Shown here one piece after another: positions 61,049-64,000 of a stretch of 64,000 nt of DNA. Source of the DNA: Setoptus koraiensis. Lineage: Eukaryota; Animalia; Arthropoda. Location of the stretch: the NCBI GenBank assembly GCA_048013815.1, contig CM106585.1:21452001-21516000 (forward strand). Direction: 5' to 3'. Both the position numbers and the translations under genes were made by a program. Numbering within the stretch: position 1 is the stretch's first letter; every line of letters begins with the position of its first letter. Below the pieces are notes generated by a model. That model saw only the letters and a program-made list of their open reading frames with translations. It made no database searches and was not told the DNA's origin.

Positions 61049-61960
61049 CAGGGCTCCCCCGGGTGACTCCCCCGGCCGGCCCGACATCCGCCCGAAACGC
61101 CCCCTTCACCGCGAAAAACGTGGTTTTGCGTTTTTTTCCTGACTCCCCTGTCTTGTGCATCGAACCCACTTCTGTTGCACATCGGCACTATCACGAGAAA
61201 AAAATAAAAAGAAAAAAAATCAAAAAAGCGTGTAGAAGAATCCCAAAATGTGGTTCAGAATATGCTGGATCGCGGAAAACCGCGGAAAACACCGCGGTAG
61301 AAATACCCTATAGGTTTTCATTCCGTGGCCTTTCGGCGCCCCTTCTACCGCGGAACTCGCGGAGGGCTGCGGAATATATACTGCGGCAAATATATACTGA
61401 TTCAGCGGGTGTTGTAGCGATTGGTGCCCCAGTCAGATTTCAATGAAACTTCACACACGTGGCGCGCAGGGCCCACAAATGATAATCTCGGTGGTCCGGA
61501 AGTGTGGAAACTTCCGGTCCCGGTATGACGCGAAAATTGAGATACGGACTTGAAACTCTCTGTACATTTAGATCAAAGCATGCAGAGCTTGATACAGCGA
61601 ATTCCGAGTCTGAACAACTTCCGCTTCACGAGATATTTGGTGGGAACAGCTGCGCGGCCAAAAACGTGAGCTAGCAGGCCCGTACTGTTCAACACAAGTA
61701 ATACTGATCAAATCAGTATTTCGAGCGCTTAATTAGCGCTTAATTTTAATTAAGTAGCTACTGGGGTAGTGATGATGGATACGTTTATTCACGTGACTAT
61801 GTAATCCTATGGAGGTTTGACTTAGTCAAATTTGTGAGAATCCTGCTAGACATTACACATGTATTCCTATCTAGATTCGACTTGGTCTATTATCGCTTCA
61901 CTCGGAAATATTTCGTATGCAATCCTATGGAGATTTGACTAGGTCACATTTGTGCGGAGT
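61049..61960. repeat. Unclassified repeat-derived DNA (possible non-autonomous DNA transposon remnant) with an internal duplication at about 61800 and 61920
   Basis: No credible ORF; palindrome AGCGCTTAATTAGCGCT; duplicated AATCCTATGGAG.TTTGACT.GGTCA block; no termini identified. Confidence 0.35.
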
Positions 61961-61974
61961 TCGGTGGTGACAAA

Positions 61975-62262
61975 TCGAAATTCGAAAATTGAAAATTTGA
62001 ATTCCTTATGATAGTTTCATCTGCTCGTTCGATGTTCGATGATCAGAGTTCGATGTTCGATGGTCACAATTCGAACTTCGAAATTCGAAAACTGAAAATT
62101 CGAATTTCTGATAAGAGTTTCAGCTGCATTGTCAGAGTTCCGTGGTCAGAGTTCCGTGGTCAGAGTTCGGTGGTAACATTTCGAACTTCGAAATTCGAAA
62201 TTGAAAATTCGGATTTCTGATAAGAGTTACAGCTGCTCGTTCGATGTTCGATGGTCAGAGTT
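61975..62262. repeat. TTCGAA-rich tandem repeat, about 105-110 bp unit, about 3 copies, cut by the LTR element
   Basis: TTCGAACTTCGAAATTCGAAA...TTTCTGATAAGAGTT recurs at 62071 and 62181. Confidence 0.8.
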
Positions 62263-62437
62263 TGTTGAAATATACAAAAGCACACACTTGTCATGCGTAG
62301 TGTTGTATATACACATACTGTAGTCTCATATATATAAATACATGTAATCGATTAAACAACAGTTTAATCTACATCATGATATCAATAAAGTAGTATCCAT
62401 ATATAACCTAAGTTAAAAGCTAGCCTATTTTACTATA
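62263..62437 (+). repeat. 5' LTR (about 175 bp)
   Basis: Starts TGTTGAAATA at the break in the tandem repeat; ends ...TATTTTACTATA, an imperfect inverse of the start, directly before the PBS. The 3' LTR is not visible for confirmation. Confidence 0.7.
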
Positions 62438-62451
62438 GGTTAACAGCCAAA
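62438..62451 (+). other. Primer-binding site GGTTAACAGCCAAA, complementary to the anticodon arm of tRNA-Asn(GUU)
   Basis: Reverse complement TTTGGCTGTTAACC versus the conserved animal tRNA-Asn segment TTCGGCTGTTAACC as recalled (13/14; 11 contiguous). Confidence 0.75.
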
Positions 62452-62496
62452 GTTCGAATAGACAAAACAGTGTTATATATATAATAAGTTAAGAAT

Positions 62497-64000
62497 ATGG
62501 CAAACCCCGTGCAACCGGCAGCAACCGAACCCAAACAGCTTGTGAAACTACAGCAAGAAAGTTCACCCAAAGTTTCAACAGAAGGTCCCATAAGTATACC
62601 AAAGTATGATGGTTCGGAATTCATCGTATGGAAAATACAGATGCAATCGGTCTTGGAAAGCAGAGGACTGCAAAACGTATTAAAAGGGACAGGCACAAAA
62701 GACGAAGATAGCTTAGTAAAATCTGCTTTACTAATGGGACTAGATGCGAAGAGTGTCAAGCTAGTCATGAACTGCAAAAGTGCAAAGGAGATTTGGGACA
62801 AACTTAACGAGACATTTGAGTACAAATCAGCGAAAAGCAAAGTAATGCTACAGCGTGAGTTTTATGCGCTGAAACTAGCACCAGGAGAACGCATGAGGGA
62901 TTATTTAACAAGAGCAGAATGTGTTAAGAGCAAACTAGAAGATGTCGGGGTGGTCATTGATGACTTTACATTGATGGGCAAAGTACTAGAGGGCTTGCCA
63001 GAAGAATATGACAATTTCCAATCGTCGTGGTTGAGTGTTGATGAAGAAAAACAAAATATGAGTCTTCTAACTACAAGATTATGTTCCGAAGAAGAAATTA
63101 GATCAAAGAACAAAAGAGGTGAATCTACAGCGTTATTTGCCAGAGGTTTCAGAGGCAAATCTAATAACTACAGGAGACCATATCAGAACGACCAAGTGAG
63201 AGCTAATACAAGTGAAGAAGATAGAAACAAGAACAATTGTTTTAATTGTCACCAAGCCGGGCATTATAGCAGAAACTGTCCACAAAGAAGAGAGACTCCT
63301 CCAAGAAGAGGTGAAAGTAATTTTAACAGAGGTGGACCTAGAAGGGGTCGCGGTAGACGACCTGACCAGAGAATAAATAATGAGGCACCAAGAAGAAATG
63401 AACCATCTGACAGTGATGCAGCCATTGCGATAATGGCAGACACCAATATTGAAGCATCAGCTAACGAAGATCAAGATGAACAAATTTGGGTGCTTGATTC
63501 AGGAGCAACTGAACACATGGCGAAAGACATGTCCAAAATGTACAATTTTAGAAAACTTGAAGAATGTAGACCAGTCTTCTTTGGCAACAACAATACTGGA
63601 AGAGGTCTAGGCTACGGTGATATGTATGTCAGTTCAATAGTAGATAACAAAGAGCGTCGAATCATCTTGAGAGATGTCTTATACGTACCGAATATAAGAA
63701 ACAATCTGTTATCTGTAACAGCGGCTGCAGATCAGGGGTGCATCAGTGCAATGAACAAAGACAAAGCGATTCTTTATGACCCAAACGGGAGAGTCATTTT
63801 AGAGGCGAAGAGATTCGGAAATCTCTATAAAACAAGGCTTCATATAGTTGAAGGAAGCGAGGCGAACGTAGCCGAAACAGATGGTGATGACAATCTACAG
63901 ATATGGCACGAGCGATTGGCTCATATTAGTAAAAACACAATAGTCAACATGGCTAGAAACTGTTGTGTTAGCGGCCTCAAAGGAATTTATCAACCAAATA
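62497..64000 (+). CDS. Copia gag-pol polyprotein, 5' part; no stop before the window end, so absent from the ORF track
   Basis: IPKYDGSEFIVWKIQM (copia Gag N-terminus), CFNCHQAGHYSRNC zinc knuckle, WVLDSGATEHM protease, DVLYVPNIRNNLLSV, WHERLAH (GAG-pre-integrase); I translated 501 codons without a stop. Confidence 0.95.
   Translation, partial: MANPVQPAATEPKQLVKLQQESSPKVSTEGPISIPKYDGSEFIVWKIQMQSVLESRGLQNVLKGTGTKDEDSLVKSALLMGLDAKSVKLVMNCKSAKEIWDKLNETFEYKSAKSKVMLQREFYALKLAPGERMRDYLTRAECVKSKLEDVGVVIDDFTLMGKVLEGLPEEYDNFQSSWLSVDEEKQNMSLLTTRLCSEEEIRSKNKRGESTALFARGFRGKSNNYRRPYQNDQVRANTSEEDRNKNNCFNCHQAGHYSRNCPQRRETPPRRGESNFNRGGPRRGRGRRPDQRINNEAPRRNEPSDSDAAIAIMADTNIEASANEDQDEQIWVLDSGATEHMAKDMSKMYNFRKLEECRPVFFGNNNTGRGLGYGDMYVSSIVDNKERRIILRDVLYVPNIRNNLLSVTAAADQGCISAMNKDKAILYDPNGRVILEAKRFGNLYKTRLHIVEGSEANVAETDGDDNLQIWHERLAHISKNTIVNMARNCCVSGLKGIYQPN

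Larger units (their letters stand above)
62263..64000 (+). mobile_element. Ty1/copia LTR retrotransposon, 5' portion (runs off window)
   Basis: TGTTG-starting AT-rich LTR with TATA-like and AATAAA signals, PBS, then gag-pol in Gag-protease-integrase order. Confidence 0.93.

Noticed and set aside
61720-61770. Helitron 3' end (hairpin plus CTRR)
   Set aside because: A palindrome is present, but there is no correctly spaced CTAG/CTRR terminus.

Overview
This is eukaryotic (arthropod) genomic DNA. The compact, largely intronless housekeeping genes and low-complexity-expanded developmental genes suggest a genome-streamlined mite such as an eriophyoid (inference). Layout: 1.8-6.0 kb, a 3-exon KSR-like Raf-family pseudokinase; 6.1-9.6 kb, AT-rich non-coding DNA with a miR-305-like hairpin and neighbouring hairpins; 10-20 kb, gene-dense block (RRP41/EXOSC4, short-form CBL, HS3ST5-like sulfotransferase with a 14-nt first exon, a 3-exon ACBP gene absent from the ORF track, an orphan secreted protein, an inverted HS3ST fragment); 21.5-56.5 kb, two diverged direct copies of a ~12 kb GC-rich unit that flank only an Lmx1 LIM-homeobox gene (MITE in its intron), with a 3.7 kb near-duplicate across a 500-N gap; 56.6-61 kb, a secreted Cys-rich gene, SLC38A10-like and GPALPP1-like genes; 61-64 kb, repeats and the 5' part of an open Ty1/copia retrotransposon. 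The most striking signal is that this element's primer-binding site is complementary to the anticodon arm of tRNA-Asn(GUU), implying half-tRNA-Asn priming. Most short GC-rich ORFs in the supplied track are judged spurious. No tools were run; all alignments and folds were done by eye.
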